A stretch of DNA of 64,000 nucleotides, taken from contig SMSO01000037.1 of assembly GCA_004764695.1 (NCBI GenBank), positions 2,518,747 through 2,582,746 of the forward strand. The letters are read 5' to 3'. The position numbers and the translations under genes were made by a program. Of the stretch, positions 62,579 through 64,000 are shown in pieces. Position 1 is the stretch's first letter; the number at the start of each line of letters is the position of its first letter. Below the pieces are notes generated by a model, which ran no database searches, had not been told where the DNA came from, and saw only the letters and a program-made list of their open reading frames with translations. The DNA is from Schizochytrium sp. TIO01. Its lineage: Eukaryota > Protista > Bigyra: Labyrinthulomycetes.

Positions 62579-64000
62579 TCATCTTAATCCATCCAATCTA
62601 AATCTACGGCCAATAACATCAGGTGTCAGCAAAGGCAAAAGCTGTGCGCCTAGAATACTCGGAAGACTTTTATCTTGAATGTTTTCAGTCCAGTACTTAC
62701 ACAGACGCTCCCCGCGTAGCACCCTCCACGCCTTACGAACCTGTTCAAATGAATCAGGGTAAAATGGATCTTGCCCGAGTCTTCTTGAGCAATTTCTCAC
62801 ATGCTCATGGCAAGATTCACTATCCTCTGAACTATATTCCAGACACCAAGCACAAAAGTGGTGACCACATGCAGGATTACCACATTTCACAGCACAACAC
62901 CCTTCAAACTTATCAAAACAAGCGTTGCAGTTCGGACAGTATGCATTCAGGATTTTCTCCTGTATGTACCGTAGATGCATCTGTGCATCGCGGGTCAGGC
63001 CATCTGTTTGAATAACTTCAGCCATTCGCCTCTGAATTTCTTGCTCGGCTCGAACTGCTGCTTCACTTTCTACCTTCATCTGCGCAATTCGCAATAAATG
63101 ATTTAAGGCATTCGGAGCAAGGCGAGTGATCTCTTGACCCGTGATTCTTCCATCACATCCAGGATTCATGCAGGCCATTGTACCGTCGGCATCCACAGTA
63201 ACGGAAGCATCTGGCTGCGCAGCAGCTTCTACTGACCTTGCGATACAATCTTGGCAAAGAAAGTGCCCCCTTTCACAGCTTGTGCTCTTGGAAAGTGGAT
63301 TTGCCACCTGACACACAAGACACACCCCTGTTGGAGCTTCAGAGACTCCAAATGCTTCATGTTGAAGTGCTTCATGCGCACTCAAGCGCTGGTTAGGGTT
63401 TCTTGCTTTCAGGGTCTCAATGAGTTGCTGCATTGCACTAGTTAGCTCAGGATAAAGCTCCTCTAGCACTACACCCACAGAGTACATATCCATTGCTGTT
63501 TGGAACTTCTCCACAGGGCCATTTTTTAACTCAGGAGCAATGTACCGGGGTGTCGCCTGAAGAGACGTGAAAGTTGCAGTGTAGTTTGCAACTTTGATGC
63601 CATCAAAATCACCAAGCAATGGCGTTCCATTACTTGTGAGAAAGATATTTTCTGGTTTGATATCACAATGCACGATTCCATGATCATGTATATCTGCCAC
63701 ACCAATGAGCAGCCCTGTAGCAAGCCGATCACGAGCCGCCTTGCCTTCATTAGGGTGTTCCTGAATCCATTTGGCTAAGTCTCCTTGCTCGTAGAACGGC
63801 ATGACAATACATCCACGTGGCAACCCATGAGAAGTGTCTATAAAAGCACCAGTTATACGAATTACGTGCTGAGACGTTACCTTTCCTAAATTGGCAACTT
63901 GCTTGTAAAACGTCTTTGATTGGCTTATGTGACCAAGCTGGAACTGCTTAAGAACCAGTGTCTTACCATCATTGTCAAGAACCTTTTGTACGGTCTTGCC
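62579..64000 (-). CDS. Protein kinase-RBR-like E3 ligase fusion (RING1 + Rcat/RING2); 5' end lies outside the window
   Basis: The frame is open from 64000 (GKTVQKVLDNDGKTLVLKQF...) into the track ORF. Kinase motifs: VLK, HCDIKPEN, LLGDFD, ATPRYIAPE, DMYSVG, RLSAHEALQH. RING1: CLVC..CERGHFLCQDC..CMNPGC at ~63155-63322. Rcat: CPNC..FEGCCAVKC..CGHHFCAWCL..HEHVRNC at ~62789-62938. Confidence 0.92.
   Translation of the reverse strand, partial: GKTVQKVLDNDGKTLVLKQFQLGHISQSKTFYKQVANLGKVTSQHVIRITGAFIDTSHGLPRGCIVMPFYEQGDLAKWIQEHPNEGKAARDRLATGLLIGVADIHDHGIVHCDIKPENIFLTSNGTPLLGDFDGIKVANYTATFTSLQATPRYIAPELKNGPVEKFQTAMDMYSVGVVLEELYPELTSAMQQLIETLKARNPNQRLSAHEALQHEAFGVSEAPTGVCLVCQVANPLSKSTSCERGHFLCQDCIARSVEAAAQPDASVTVDADGTMACMNPGCDGRITGQEITRLAPNALNHLLRIAQMKVESEAAVRAEQEIQRRMAEVIQTDGLTRDAQMHLRYIQEKILNAYCPNCNACFDKFEGCCAVKCGNPACGHHFCAWCLEYSSEDSESCHEHVRNCSRRLGQDPFYPDSFEQVRKAWRVLRGERLCKYWTENIQDKSLPSILGAQLLPLLTPDVIGRRFRLDGLR

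Overview
Eukaryotic, gene-sparse window. The long intron-free ORFs, moderate GC and dense short tandem repeats suggest a stramenopile such as a thraustochytrid/labyrinthulomycete; this is an inference, not verified. Four credible protein-coding genes occupy about 11 of 64 kb: (1) a ~2,090-aa protein with more than 20 EF-hands, an internal MABP (MVB12-associated beta-prism) domain and a C-terminal RanBP2/NZF zinc finger; (2) a RING-CH-type zinc finger fused to a Tubby domain that lacks the canonical PI(4,5)P2-binding residues; (3) an orphan 380-aa protein with strong codon bias, with a 26-kb gene desert on its upstream side; (4) a 5'-truncated atypical protein kinase (DFD in place of DFG) fused to an RBR-like E3 module with RING1 and Rcat but no IBR. 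A badly decayed F-box/LRR-like pseudogene may lie at 59-61 kb. The strongest non-coding signal is a recurring module: ~60-210-bp poly(dA:dT)-rich islands about every 1-2 kb, often bracketed by the motif AGAACRC/GYGTTCT (35 exact AGAACAC copies found by eye, none seen in the CDSs). Other oddities are an in-frame 45-bp triplication spanning the stop codon of gene 1, a triplicated start codon in gene 2, a poly(T) tract flanked by a 30-bp direct repeat, and a strong excess of tetranucleotide microsatellites. No tRNA, rRNA, CRISPR array or intact transposon was recognised.
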